Source of the DNA: Paragordius varius | Lineage: Eukaryota; Animalia; Nematomorpha | Assembly: GCA_964247055.1 (NCBI GenBank) | Contig: OZ176050.1 | Coordinates: 9,548,001-9,612,000, forward strand | Direction: 5' to 3' | Length of the DNA stretch: 64,000 nucleotides | Shown: positions 13,775 to 28,700 of the stretch, in pieces | Layout: each line of letters starts with the position of its first letter | Numbering within the stretch: position 1 is the stretch's first letter | The notes under the pieces: generated by a model | What the model was told of the DNA's origin: nothing | What the model saw: the letters and a program-made list of their open reading frames with translations, nothing else | The model's database searches: none | Translations under genes and position numbers: made by a program

Positions 13775-16700
13775 CAAAAAGATTGTTTTATATACCATTT
13801 ACAATTCAAATTCACCCTTGAACAATTCATATTCACCCTAAAAATAAATTATGTGTTTTCGGGCTAATATAATTTATTATTAATATAAAAAATATCATTA
13901 TCGCTTTGTTTATTATTTTTTCAGTATTGTTTTAATTTTAAACAAAATATTGTTTTTAAAAATATAAAAAAATATAGCTAATTTTTAATTTAAAAAAACA
14001 CATAATATTTTAGGATGAATTTGAATTTTTCGAGGGTAAATTTGAATTGTTCGAGGGTGAATTCTAATTGTTCAAGGGTAAATTTGAATTGTTCAAGGGT
14101 GAATTTGAAGTGTAAATGGTATATAAAGCAATCAAACTATATAATTAATTATAAATAATAGCACATCATCGTTTTCAGAGCCAATAAAATTAAAATTTTA
14201 ACTGCTATTACATATATTTATTAAAATACTTTTATTATCGACTTTAAGAACAAATCTTTATCGTTAAATTAATTAATTAATTTTTTGTTGGTGTTACTCA
14301 ATAATTAGTGAAAATCTAAGGTTTAAATGTTTGTTGTAATAAAAAATAATTACAAAAAATAATATTTAAATTAAATTAACATAACCAATTTCTTTCGGAT
14401 TTAATATAATTTTTATGTATATACAGCTAAATATTGTGGCGCTGTACCTATGATAAACAATGGTTTCGTAGTTCAAGCGGATAAAGTAACCTATGGTGGT
14501 ATCGCTATTTATGAATGTTATCCAGGATTCCATTTCCCAAATAAGGCTCAGCGGCAAATAATTACATGCACAGATGAGGGATGGTCAGAATTGCCTATTT
14601 GCACCTGTAAAATTAATAATTTTTAATTTTGTACTTAGTAAAATGTGCTTTCTATTTATTGTTGCATTATTTAATACCAAGTAAGATTTATAAGCATTTG
14701 ATTATTTTAGCTACAACATGTCCGCCTTTCCCAACGCTAAAAAATGGTGAAATTAATGTGATAACAGGAGATGGGAATTCATATGGGACCTTGCTTAAAT
14801 TTAGTTGTGATCTCGGCCACGTACTGATAAATCCCCCTGTTTCTCTTTGCGGTGCTGATGGTAAATGGTCTAACATGGCCCCAATGTGTCAAGGTCCATA
14901 TATATATATATTTTTTAATTTGTTTAGATTTAAGCTTTATGTCTAAAAAAAATTGATTAGACATAGCTATTGTTTGAAATAAAATTTTATTTATCATAGA
15001 ATGAGAGCGCATAGTATGCAGATATATAAATTGACAAATCCTTATTATATGGATAGTTATTGTCATCAGTATAATGTAAAACTTTTTTTACGATAAGCAT
15101 ATTTTTTCAAAAATTTACATTACTAAACAATAGTAAGAAAATAATCCTTATAGGATAATTTTTAGATGTCATATGTTATTAGAATTATTTTGTTAAAATT
15201 TTAATTGCCATACTTATCATATAGCCATTAAATGTACATCTATCCCATCAATACCCTATGCAAAATATAAAGACGGAACCCCAGGATGGCTAACATTCAA
15301 TGAAACTTTAGATGTTACTTGTATGTCCGGTTTTACTGTTTCAAATCCAAATGTCACTTCCGTGCGTTGTCAAGCTAACGGTACTTTAACACAACCTACG
15401 CCTGTTTGTGTAGATATAAATGATTGCACATTTTCTAATTTTGATTTCCCTGATAATGAGACAATCAGTAGCAACCCTAATAGTGTACAGCAAACCATTT
15501 TAAACCAGTGTGTAGATAGCAGCACTATATGCGTCAATTCTATAGGCAATTATGAATGTCAATGTAAAAAGGGATACCGTCCTAATCTTGGTAAAAACTA
15601 GGAGCTTTTTAAATTATTCTTTAAAATTAAGTTTTATACAACATTAAAATATTTTCTATGAAAAACAGAATGCAAGCAGACGATACCGCTCGGCTTACAA
15701 AACGGTGTGATAGAAGACAACCAAATCAAAACTTCGATGCCAAATCAGTTTAATTCTTTAATCCGTTTTAATTCACGGGATGCGTGGTGTGGTCACGAAA
15801 ATAATGTACCTGAAAGTAATTGGATAGAGGTTTATATTTTGTTGTTGATTTTGCCATTATATAGTTAATACATTTATTCGTTTTTTATCAATCAATAGGT
15901 CGATTTTCGATCGCCACGAATTATTAAAAGACTGCAAGTACAAAATGGACCTATGAAAGATGGTAGCAGTGGGTTTGTCAAATATTTCGAGATACATTAC
16001 AAAAATAATGAAACTGAGTTTCAACCATTAATACAGAGGAATGAAGTAATATTTCGCTTAAATTTGTTTTTTTTTGTTACCAGATATTTTCTATATTTTT
16101 GTTTTTCTTTTCAACAAGGTCATGAAATTTAGAGGACTTTCAGTTGTTGACCAAGTCAATGAAAGTTATATTGATTTACCCTATCCAATCGAAACTAGAC
16201 ACATTAAGATTATAATGAAAGAATTTGAATATGCTCCTTGTTTGCGCCTTGAATTATTTGGTTGCGTAAAAACAGAATGTTTGGGTGAGTTTCTATATTT
16301 AACAATAATGGCCAGTTCTTAACCGAGCTGAAATTCGATAAAAATAATTTAAAATAATTATAAATAATTTAGATATAAATGAGTGTGAAGAGGATCCAAC
16401 ATTATGCAATCCCATATGCAAAAACTTGCTTGGCAGCTATGAATGTTCCTGTTTACCGGGGTTTGTACTATTCAAAGAGAACGGGACTAATGGCAATTTC
16501 CTACCCAAAGGAGAAACTGGTTTACTAAGGCATGATACTATGCGTCTTAATCACACCTGTTTAAGTAAAGCAATGCTCTTTTTAATTTAGCTAAAATGAA
16601 TTGATAAATACATATATCATAATTATTTTTTGTTGTTTAGAGATTCAATGCCCCTTACTTAAAGCACCTCGAAACGGGCAATTAATTTCAAATGTTACCA

Positions 16701-19700
16701 ACGGGCTATTTTATTTTATGGAACGCATTGAAATCCAATGTGAAATAGGGTATCAATTAGTGGGGAAAAGGTTTTTACGTTGCATGAAAGATGGGGAATG
16801 GGATAATCCTTTACCGCTTTGTCAACGTAATATATCCTAAAATATTGGCTTTGAATGCGATTACATATTAAAACAATAATTTATCAAAATAATGGAATTT
16901 ATTAAAGTCACATGTATTATATGATCTTTACCATTGGCTTACTTTTAAATATCAAAAATATTGACATATATTATTTTATTGTTATTACACAAACATGTAG
17001 CTATCAAGTGTAAGGGCCTTTCCTCCGATTTTCACCAAAAAGGCTACATAGCTATGCCTGATGGGAAAGATGTATCATATAAATCCAACATTTCAGTCAG
17101 ATGTATATCACCTAAAGATTTTCCTACCTTTTCAATATCGGACATTTCTTCCGAAAACTCAGCGAAATCCAGAATCGAACCCAATCATGCTGGGGAGAAG
17201 AATTCACCTCTGAGGTATCGTAAAAGTTTGGGTACCCATTTCAGTCAATTTCGTCAATGTGTTTTTGATCCACAAATCCCGATATACAATTTGGATGGAC
17301 GCGTTGACAAATATGGACATCGCGGTAACACTAACCAAATTGCTCATAATGCAACATTTGATATCATAGAGCGAACCATGATAGATCCACATTCAGTGTA
17401 TTGGTTATCCGGGAAAATCCCAAGTTGTCCTGGTAAATATAATTTACATTCAAGTTTTTTGCAAAAAATGTGCCTACCTTTTCTATTAATAAATTATAAC
17501 TTTAGTCTAAACTTAAATTATTTTATAATTAATTTGGACATTATATTGCAACGATTTATTTGTTGTTGTAAATATAAAAAAATGACTTGCGATAAAAGTT
17601 AGCAAAATCAAGATATTCATGAAATAATTGTATTTCCCGCACTTTAGTGGTAAGATGTGGACCGCCAAATGTTATGACTGGTGCCAATTACATATTCGAC
17701 GTGAACAATGATACAACTGTCGGAACGTCTTTTGTTTTCGAATGTAAACTGCCATACAAATTGTCGGGACAAGGAATCCTTAATCACATTAATCGAGTGT
17801 ATTGTGATGAAAGTGGTAATTGGCAATTCGGAACGCTAATATGCAATGGTATTACTTTTTGTCCTTTGCTGGCTATGAAACTAATTTAAATTGCTAATCT
17901 AAGTGTGTTGAATAAAATGCCGTGATTTACCCTACATATGGGAAATTCATAAATTTGTCTTTTTTAGGTCCAGTTTGTAAGGATCCAGGTACCCCTGCAG
18001 GTTCTCAACAAAATGCTCAATCGTTTGAGGAGGGCCAAAGCATAAATTACACCTGTAATCGGCCTGGCTTTATACCAGAATCTCGAATACCCTTAACCTG
18101 TACCACTCACGCCATGTGTGAAAGAATTACTGAGTTAGGTCTTAGTTCCAATACCATTCCGGATTCTGCTATCATAGTCTCCTCTCACTTACCTGGTTAC
18201 ACTGCAAATGTATGCTTTCAGGCTTATAAATTTTAAAACATTTTTACTATATATAATATATTTTTTTAGTATGTCCGTCTAAATTCTCCTAAAGCTTGGT
18301 GTGGTTTCGATTACCCCCCATCTTTAAGGATAGATTTAGCGCGTGAAAATTCTGATCCAGTCTTAGTTACTGGTTTTCGAATTCGCGGATACATAGATAG
18401 TAGTGTTATGGGTCAAATCTCCATATTTAGTCTCAAATACTCGCTTAATCTGGGTATCTATGATATAAACGATGAAAATAGTAATAATGTTTCCCAATTT
18501 GATAATCGTCGTACCCTAGGATACCGTAAATTTTTAATGGCAAACACATACACTTTGTATCCAATAAACTTTACGCTGCCTGAACATCCAATAGGACAAC
18601 TCCGTACATTTACACTTAATCCCCCAATCCTGGCACGCTCTATAATTATTGAAACGAATGAGTTTCGAGAGCTACCATGTATGAAATTAGAACTTTTGGG
18701 TTGTTCCGGAGAAGCCATACTCATTTCAGATAAACTAAGCGGGGAAGATAATACCATATCTGCACATGACCATATCACGGTTGGATGGGATAGGCCTCCT
18801 CCAGTGTGCATAGGTAATGAGGCATATATTTAGACTATTAAATAATTTATGTTTATTTTTTTACATAAGTGATGATTAGTAAACTAGGTCAATGCTCGAA
18901 ATTATTTGGCTTAAAATAATTTTCATAACTTAATAATTTACTAAACAAATGTTTTAATTATTTCACGCATTATATAGATATCGAACCCCCAAGATTTGTG
19001 GATTGCCCCAGAAATCCGATATACGTTCCTGATTTTCATGAAGGATCAGTAATGCGAATAGCAAATTTCTCTAAGCCTCAGGCTATCGACAATTTTGGAG
19101 TTGTAGGTTATTTGGAATCACCTCCATTTATTGAACCTCCTATTTATATGAGTGAACCGGAAATGCAAATAACATATACGGCTTTTGATTATGCGGGGAA
19201 TCAAGCTGTGTGTACTGTTAAACTCATAGTTTTGGGTAATCCTTTCTACTTGAATATATTAATAATTTTCTGATCAAATTAGTAAAAAAAACAAATAGTT
19301 ACCAAAATATTCATTTTTTCTCATAACAACAAGTTTATAATAACAAAATTTTATTAATAAATAATTTTTTGGTTTATCCTATCGCATCCATCTAGTGTAG
19401 ATTATTAAATTATTGTCTCCGATCTTACAAATAGAATTTTCTTTGTTATATATTATTTTTAAATTTGCCATCGATCCAGATAAAACTCCCCCGACTCTTG
19501 TTTGTCCATTGTCCTATGTAAGGGATGTTGAGGAAGGAGTTGCATTCCTAAATCTTACTTTCACAGAAGATAAGTATGGCGTTACCGATGATTTGGAGGA
19601 TAAACAATCTGGCTCCACTGATTCTGACCTATTATCACGCAAAAAATTGAATATAACCGTTTTGTTTGAACCGCCTTATGCAATTATCCAAACAGGTAGA

Positions 19701-22700
19701 ACTCAGCAGGTTCAAGTGACAGCATACGATCATTTCCGCAACAAAGCAACCTGTACTTATCATGTATCGATTCAAGGTTGGTAAATAGTTTAAAGATTTG
19801 TTATTAATAATATACTTGTAGCATGTCATCATTTTTATAGAAAAAATCATCTTATAATGTTAATTAAAGTGCTGTTATTATATAATGATTTAGGCCCTAA
19901 GTGCAGTCTTAGTACACTCAAAGAAATCAATCATGGCGATAAAATATGCGAAAAAACAGGAAGTTCTAATGCATGCCGATACGTTTGCCATGAAGGATAT
20001 CGTTTTATTGATACCGAAGAAAATCAAAAACTATATAAATGCATTGATAATCATTGGATGCCCAATGAATTTGTATCTGATTGTGTTAAGGGTATTTGCT
20101 TAGCATTTTATAAATAATCGATTAGAGAGGAAAATTTTGCTGGTTTTGTAAACCAAAATTAATTGCAATTGTGATTACAATTTTTATTATGTTAGCCGAT
20201 GATTATGCCAAGTATTACATCCATTTGGATATTTTGTACGGGAATCAAGATGTCATAAACTCAGATTGTATGCCCATATATACCAACACATTGAAATCAA
20301 AGTTTCCTGTTATTGAGAGATCCATCAAAGATTCTTGTTCTCTCGGAACGTTACAAATCCTCCCAAATTTCGTTAATTTTTCTCTTGTGGCCAAAACTTC
20401 ACATCAGGTAATATCCATAAATTATTTTATATAATAACAAACCAACAGTATAACATATAAAATTTTAACGCATTTGCTAGATTGAAGGGAAATTTGAGGT
20501 CCATCTTGATGCCAAAAAAGAGGCTTTTCCTCTGCTCAATCGCTGTTTTGCAACGATTGAACTTATGATGAATTATGCTCAAGGAGATATTGCCACTCTG
20601 CTAACAATTAACAAAAATGATATTAATGGTGGTAATGTTCAGGCCCCATCGTTTGAATGTCCAATACTTCAAGCATCAAATGCAAAGAAAAATGAAACAA
20701 AAGTTTACAATACGTATAATTGCAAACCTGGATACATTATAGTGATGGAAGAGGATCGACCTGTTTGTCGTAAGTTTTATGATTGTTTTGATTTTTAACA
20801 CATATTTTAATTCCCTTTCTTTCCCAAAGTCTGCGGCTAACACCATTACCACCCCCTAGAAATATCGGTTGGTTCATAAAAATGCGTGACCGCATTTTTG
20901 AGCGTGGGAAAATTTTTAGTACAAGAGCATACCGTAAAAACATCCTTATGCCCCATAAAAGGGGTCATAAAGATATCTAACTTCTCCGATTCATTTAAAT
21001 TATATCATTTAACACTCCATGACCATTTAGGATAGTTTTATGTCCCAGAGTGATTTGTATATCCTAAAAAGTAGTTAATGTATTAACCCGAATATAAAAA
21101 TATGCTTTTATTAATCTTTTAGGCGCATACAAGTTTTATAAAATATGTAAAATTGAAAAAAATCCTCATTTCAAACTTTTTCGCCCACAGGCAAATTAAT
21201 GTATGTTGTGGTTAAATGCAAGTAACTAGCTTTAAAAAACACTCAGACTACATTTTATCAGCAAAATATGATTTTAAAACCAGCTGTTCGTTTTATTATG
21301 TTTTGGAGCTATCCCAATTTGAGACTCTAGAAGTCAATTGTAAAAATAGCTTTATTAAATACATAAGATAAAGGTTTGATAATTATATTTTAACTAAAAT
21401 AACTTTCAAATTGTAGTTTATTTACAAAATTGAGCTCTGTGATATAAAACTACCCTAACTTGTTAACTAAGACAAAATAAAAACGTCATGGAGTGTTAAA
21501 ATAAAATATAACCAACAAGGTTATATATTGATAGAATAAAAAGTTTTCTTGGCAATACAAGTTATATATAAATTATGTATGTATTTAGTACCCTGCAGCC
21601 CTGGGACTTTTGAACATGCCAATCGGACATGCAACCCTTGTCCGCAGGGATCTTATCAAGATAATTATGCCTCCATTGAATGCAAAAAATGTCCAAGCCA
21701 AACCTATACAATAAATGAAATGTCGAAATCTCCTTTGGATTGTTTGGGTATACAAAAAATTGTTGATGCTAAATTTTGATTGGTTCCAAATTTAATATCA
21801 GTGTAATTAATTATTTGTAGAAATTTGAGGCATTTGAAAATTAAATTGAGCTTGATTAAACTAATAGGTCAATACCATTGATAAAACACATCGTCATTCT
21901 TTGAAAATAAAATTTTTAGAAAATGGCGTATATCCTGTTTTTATTTCCAAATCAATAAATGCATGCATTGGAGAACTTTTAATTTGAAATATAAAGTAGT
22001 ATAGAGAAAGCAACATATTTTATGTTTGGATGTGATATGACAGTATAAATTTTTAATTTGTAAAAAGCAAACCAAAAACGAATTGCCCTAAATACATAGA
22101 ATAACAGATAAATCATTTTTTTGGCAAATGAAAATTTTAGAATCGATTTCATTCGGAACGTTTAATATATTTTTAACCGAAGACAACAAAAACTTTGAAC
22201 CCGAAAGGTTCTAAATACATCATTCATTTATATGTAAATTATTGTTAGTAATTATTTTCGATCAATATTTTTTTCCAAAAGATATTTGCGGGAATGGAAC
22301 ATATTCGCCCAGTGGTATGGTCCCGTGTCAAGCATGTCCCTATAATACATTTACAGGAGATGCTCCAAACTTTGGCACGAAGGAATGTCATCCTTGTCCG
22401 GAAGGCAAATACACGGTTGGACCTGCTACTATAAACGCTTCGTCTTGCAAAGGTAGTTGTAAAAAAATTATGGCATAAAATACTTTTTAATATTAGTGTT
22501 ATGTACGTCTTTGGCTAATTTAATGGTTTAAAAATATCCATAAAACTCTTATATAATTTGTATAGAAACATGTTTACCTGGATATTTTTCACCGACTGGG
22601 TTAGAACCGTGTTTTGCATGTCCGCACAACCATTACCAAAACAAGAGTGGACAGACCTCTTGTAACGAGTGTGCTGATGATTACATGACAATAAAAAATG

Positions 22701-25700
22701 GTTCCATTCAACACACCGATTGTGTTCTTGGTATGATTATTCACAAATTTTTTAGATGTCTTACAATTTATTTTGCTTACAATTATTTATATTTTTGCGA
22801 AGTTTTATCTGATACAAAACCCTTTAATCGATTTATTATAGTTTATTAATTAACTTTAATTTATAATTAGTAAATTGCACGAAATCGTGTCAAAATGGTG
22901 GTATTTGCAAAGTGTTGTACCACAAGGAGATTTGTGTTTGTCCTTCTGGTTTCATAGGGACACAGTGTGAAACTAATATCAATGAATGTGACACTCTACC
23001 CTGCTTTAATGGTGGCACCTGCAGAGATGGAAACAATGGATATATGTGTGAATGTCCCAAAGGTTAATTCATAAATACAAGTTGAAAATGTGTTGCTTTT
23101 AACTTCATTATTTGCAATGAAATATATTCAACAAAATCTGTTTTTAATACTCATTTTACAATGCATTGTAACTAATAATATTCCTTTTTTAACGACATTA
23201 AATGCAATTATTAAACTAAAAATTTCACAACAACCTACATTATATAAATAAAATACAGTTTAGAGTCTCTTTTTTCCTTTTTTATTAAAGAGGGCTTAAA
23301 TTGTATCCGCACTTGTGAAGGCTTTAACATTCGCCTGTTCAGGGCTGACAGTGATGACGGAAAAATTGCGTAGTTCCGGGGTTCGAACTCAGGCACGCAG
23401 AAAGTCCGGAGCCCTACCTATTATGCCATCACGCCTCTAACAACCTACACTATATATTAGTTTAACAATAATATTATGTCATAGGTTTTAGCGGTTATCG
23501 ATGTGAATTAGTCCCAGATAATTGCTTGGATGGCAATGTGTGTTCACCTAATTCTATGTGCCGCAACGTTCAGGGTACTCATGAATGTATTTGCCGAAAA
23601 GGTTATACCGGAAAATGGTATAATTAATATATTTATCTTATCAACAATAAAAACGTTTTATATTTTTTTAATTTGTTCATTATATGGCAAATTCGTTTAT
23701 AGGTGTAATGAAACGATAAACAGTTGTGATTCAGATGAAAATCCTTGCTTCAATGACGGTGTGTGTATACCAGGTCCATTAGATAGATATCGATGTGAAT
23801 GCTTAGATGGATGGACTGGAAAATATTGTCAGATAAATATAGGTAATATATAATATTATTTTTGTTAATCTAAAAAATTTTTAATCTTATTTAAAAAAAA
23901 ATAAATATTGTGCATAAGTAAAATATAATATAGTTTTATTACCATAATAATAATAATAATAGTTTTAACGTTATAGGGATTATATTATAATATAATCCCT
24001 ATAACGTTAAAACTACTGGTTATATTTGGACTTCAAAATCAATAAATATTAATTTCGATTACAAAAATATTTGAATAGATGATTGTGCCGAAAACCCTTG
24101 CTTGCTAGGAGCCAAATGTATAGATCTTCACAATGATTTTTCTTGTGAATGCCCGCCGGGATTTACAGGAAAACGATGTGAAACGAAACAAAATCTATGT
24201 CTTCCAAACATTTGTAATAATGGAACTTGTGTCGATAGATTATTTAGCTATGAATGTGTATGTCCGTATGGATATTCGGGTATTCTATAGAAAATGTTTC
24301 CTTAAACATAAACTTCGTCAATAAATTTATATAAAGGAGAGAATACTTTTATAACTTTTAACCGAGTTAGTTCGTTTGTAAGGTTTCAGCCCCCAACTAT
24401 TTAATTATATACTCATATTTTCAAAATAAAAAAGGTCAACATTGTGAAGAGAATATCGATGAATGCGAATCGAATCCTTGTCAAAACAATGGAACTTGCA
24501 TAGACCTTATAGATAATTTTGAGTGTGCTTGCTTACCCGGTTTTACTGGTCATGAATGTCAATACAATATCGATGATTGTGGAGATAGCAATCCATGTTC
24601 AAATGATGGAGTTTGTGTGGATGGAATTAACAGTTTTGAATGCAAATGCCCAGATGGAATAACAGGTTTGAATTCATTTAATAACCATTTTTTGCTAAAA
24701 TGTTAATTTCTCATTTATCTTTGATGTATCAGGGGTTGTAATATATTAAAAGCGACATGAATTTACTAGATTAGCAAAAAATAAGTAATGCCCGTGATGT
24801 TAGGCAATAAAACTCGAAAAAACCAAAAACTTTTTTAAAAAATATCTTCGTGATATATTGCGATAATATCTATATCTTAAATAATAAATGAAATAAATAT
24901 AATAGGTGATTTATGTGAGATCAATATTAACGAATGTGCCGAAAATCCATGTAACATATCTGGGTCAATCAATTGTACCGATTTGATAAACGGTTATGAA
25001 TGTCATTGTCGACTGGGTTACCAAGGGAAACAATGTGAGGTAAAGAGAGTTTATTGTAATGGTAAATGACCGATTGATTATGTTTTGTAAAATAACAGTT
25101 GCTAAATCCATAAGATAAACGAAAAATAAATAGAAAATTAATTGAAAGTTATATTTATTAACAGAAATTATAAATAATATGTAAAACCCTTTCCCCAATA
25201 GTAATCGACTAGTTTTGTGCTTGGTTATTACAAAGAAAGTTTATGTTTATGCTAAAATTTTGGCCCAGATTAAAAAGTTAATGTAATCATAAAATATATT
25301 CTATATTTTATATTGTTTCGCATATCTATCTAACGGAAATTTTTCAACATAAAACAGATAAATATAAATGATTGCGCATATAACCCGTGTCTAAATGGTG
25401 GCATTTGTCTTGACCAAGAATCTGGATATGAATGTAAATGTCCCTCAGGATGGCACGGAAAGAATTGCGAAGCTATGATGGACCGTTGTCAAGAAAATGC
25501 CCTCTACTGCAAAAATGGTGGAAAGTGTTACAATACCTTTGAAGATTTCTATTGCGCGTAAATTTTTAAAATCATTTATTTGCAAAATAAAATTAATATC
25601 GTCTATCGACTAGCGACTTTACATTTTTATTTAAATTAATGTGAATTATATTTGGTCAATACTTAGTGATTACTTATTTCGTTAGATGCTCTCCTGGGTA

Positions 25701-28700
25701 CAGTGGAAAACGTTGCGAAGGTACCCCGGATTTATGTGCAGGTAACCCTTGTTTGAACGGTGGTACCTGCCTAGTTGAAAATGGAATGCTACGTTGCCAA
25801 TGCCTTATGGGTTAGTTGTTTATATATAATCCGAGATAATTAGCCATTTTAATAATTGAACCAGCAATAGCGTTTATAATATTTGAAAAGGCACCTTTTC
25901 TGTCTTACTCCATAATGATTAGGGCATTATATCTACATTAAATAACACTAGTCGACAAATTTGGACATTTTTGAGCACCACCACTCAAACTTTTAAATAT
26001 GACTAATTTCAGTGTTTTAAAACCGAATGTGAAAAAACTTTTGATCCCGCCAATCACAATTTTGAAATATTATAGGTTTTTCAATTTTTCAAAAACAAGA
26101 GAAAATCGAGAGAAAATTACATATAACTTTATAATAAAATGTTATTATATTATAAACTTAATATAATTTAATAAAGCGTTTTAAACTCTATCTTTTGAAT
26201 ATAAATATGTCATTTAAATATCAGAGAGAAAAAAATAGTACGGACTTAAACGTCAAAATTTAGTCTTTTTCTTTCAAGTGAATTTTTAATACGTATAAAA
26301 AAATTTTAAAAAAATACTAAAAAAGGCATTCTATGGTTTAAACCTTCGGCTTTCAGATAGGCTATATTTTTTTTGTTAGTTTTTGTTCTTTCGAGTACTT
26401 ATTAGGCTTTTTTTCTTGAGTTGGTTCTTACAAATTAATCCTTTATTTATACCTAGTGGATATACTTAATTTTTTAAAATTATTGGTTGTTTGTATTTTT
26501 AATTTCAGATGGATGTTGTGTAGCCACTTTTAGTAGAATTTACTATTATGGGATTGGACCATTTGTATTTACCTAATCTTTTTATTCAATTTAATTGTAG
26601 AATTTATCTAACTTTATTCTGTAAATTGGTTAATTTGACATATCAATTTGCCTGGATTTTGCTTGCAAGTCTCTCTTATCGGTCTTTACGATTACTTATT
26701 GTTATCTTTGCCATATCTGGCATAATTGGATCGCTTGGGGGATATGCAGAGCTTGTGCAGCCGCCCGGATCTATCACATTATACATAAGCCCCTTTTAGA
26801 TTTTTAATACTTTGGCTCTTAGCTTGTTTAGTATCTTATTTAGTACCTAGAATTTTGTTATTCATGCATGGAATATTACTTGTATCGACTTGTTCGTTTG
26901 AATATTTACACATATGTACACGAGGAATGATTGTTATTTTTAAATTAAAAACAAATTTAAAAATTAAATTTCAGAAAAATCCTATTGGTGGCCTCAATTT
27001 TCTTTTCTGTTTTGGCCTTTCCATGCCATTAGGTATCAGAAAATAGAAAAATAATGGGGTGGTGCAAAACCTTGTTGAGCAGTGTAATGATAATTTCGTT
27101 CTTGTGCTAAAATATCAATTAAATACTACAGAGTTCAGATGTTTTTTCCTTTTAATCCGATAGAAAAAAAAGTTATTAAAAATTTGGGACCTTGAATAGT
27201 ATAGGTAGATTTTATACCATTAATATTTGTATAAAAGTAATTTATTAACCATTAATTATGAAAACTCAAAACAAAAATATTGTCTTAAACTTAAACACAA
27301 ATATTTTTGTGTAGGATTTTATGGTCAAGGTTGTGAAAAAATGAAAGATCCATGTTTGGAAAATCCTTGCAAAAATAATGGTCATTGTCAGAGTCATTTA
27401 AGCAACCCGATTGGAACATTGGGCGAAACACTATATGTTACAGGAGCAAAACATCCTACATTTACGTGCTCTTGTTTGGATGGATTTGAGGGTGAATTTT
27501 GTCAAACCAATATAGATGATTGCTATGATGAAAATGGAGGTAATTTTATCTTTAATATGGTGCTGTCTTGACCTAAAAACGCTTTTACGATATTTATTTA
27601 TTTAAAATTTATTCGTACATACAATATGATGTTATAAGCATGAGTAATCGTATCTAAAACTTAATTTACTCAAATATTTTAACCCAGAGGAATCCAAGCT
27701 TTGCTCGATTTGCAAAAGTGCTCTAAAAAAGAAAAAATTGTATTTCAATGTCCAAAATTTACGATTATTTTGAAGATATACCATCGGTTAAGCTTAAAAT
27801 AAAAAAACAAAATCATAACCAGCCTGAGAAGATATTTGTGTTGGACACCCCTGTTTAGCCCCTAGCTTTCTTTTTAATGAGTGTGAGCGTTCATTTTGTA
27901 ATTTTAGTTTAAACCAAACCTATTATTGTGTCAAAATGCTAACAGGCACAAAATTAATATTTATTGTCCAAAGATGTTTTAAACTACATTATCCGTTAAT
28001 TAGATGGCATTTATTATATAGTTATTATATTATAATGTGATGAGATGAATTCTGCTAAACCAATTATGAAATATTTTTTTATTAATATTAATAAACAGAG
28101 TTCACAAAGTTATAGAATAATATCCCTATGAAATATGTTTATCATGATAACAGAATGCTATGGGTTCTTGGTGCTTTTGGTTTTGAGGCTTACGAGTCAT
28201 TTAAGAAAGTTAATTCAATTTTTTATATTAATCCAAAATTAATTATCCGATTACACTCCATATTATAAAATTGTACTCATCGTATATCAATACCCATATG
28301 TTATGGTTAAGTATTCAAGGAACAAAACAATATTAGTCAAAAGTCTTGCATTCTCGAATTGGTTTTTAGCAATTTATCCTAATTATGTAAGAGACACTTA
28401 CTAAGCACAAATATACTTTCAATGCCCTGAAGCTATCCATTAGTAAAAAAGAATATAAAATTTGGGGTTTTTGTTTAAAAGAAAGGCATGAACCTATTTT
28501 TACACATTTTAAAAATGTAAGACCGTTGAAGCTCGCATAAAATAAACTTTTATTTTGATGCATTAAATTTAGCAGAAGTATTATATTTATGATATAGTGC
28601 GAAATCTATTATTATGGATTCAGCTAAATATGAAAAATTGTTATAATATTTCAAGACACATATCCAAAATTTCAATTTTGTTCTTTTGTCAGACTCTACA

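Noticed and set aside
26500-27060. GC-richer intronic patch with ORFs 26548-26799 and 26855-27046
   Set aside because: No recognisable motifs in any frame; probably decayed mobile DNA, but it cannot be assigned.
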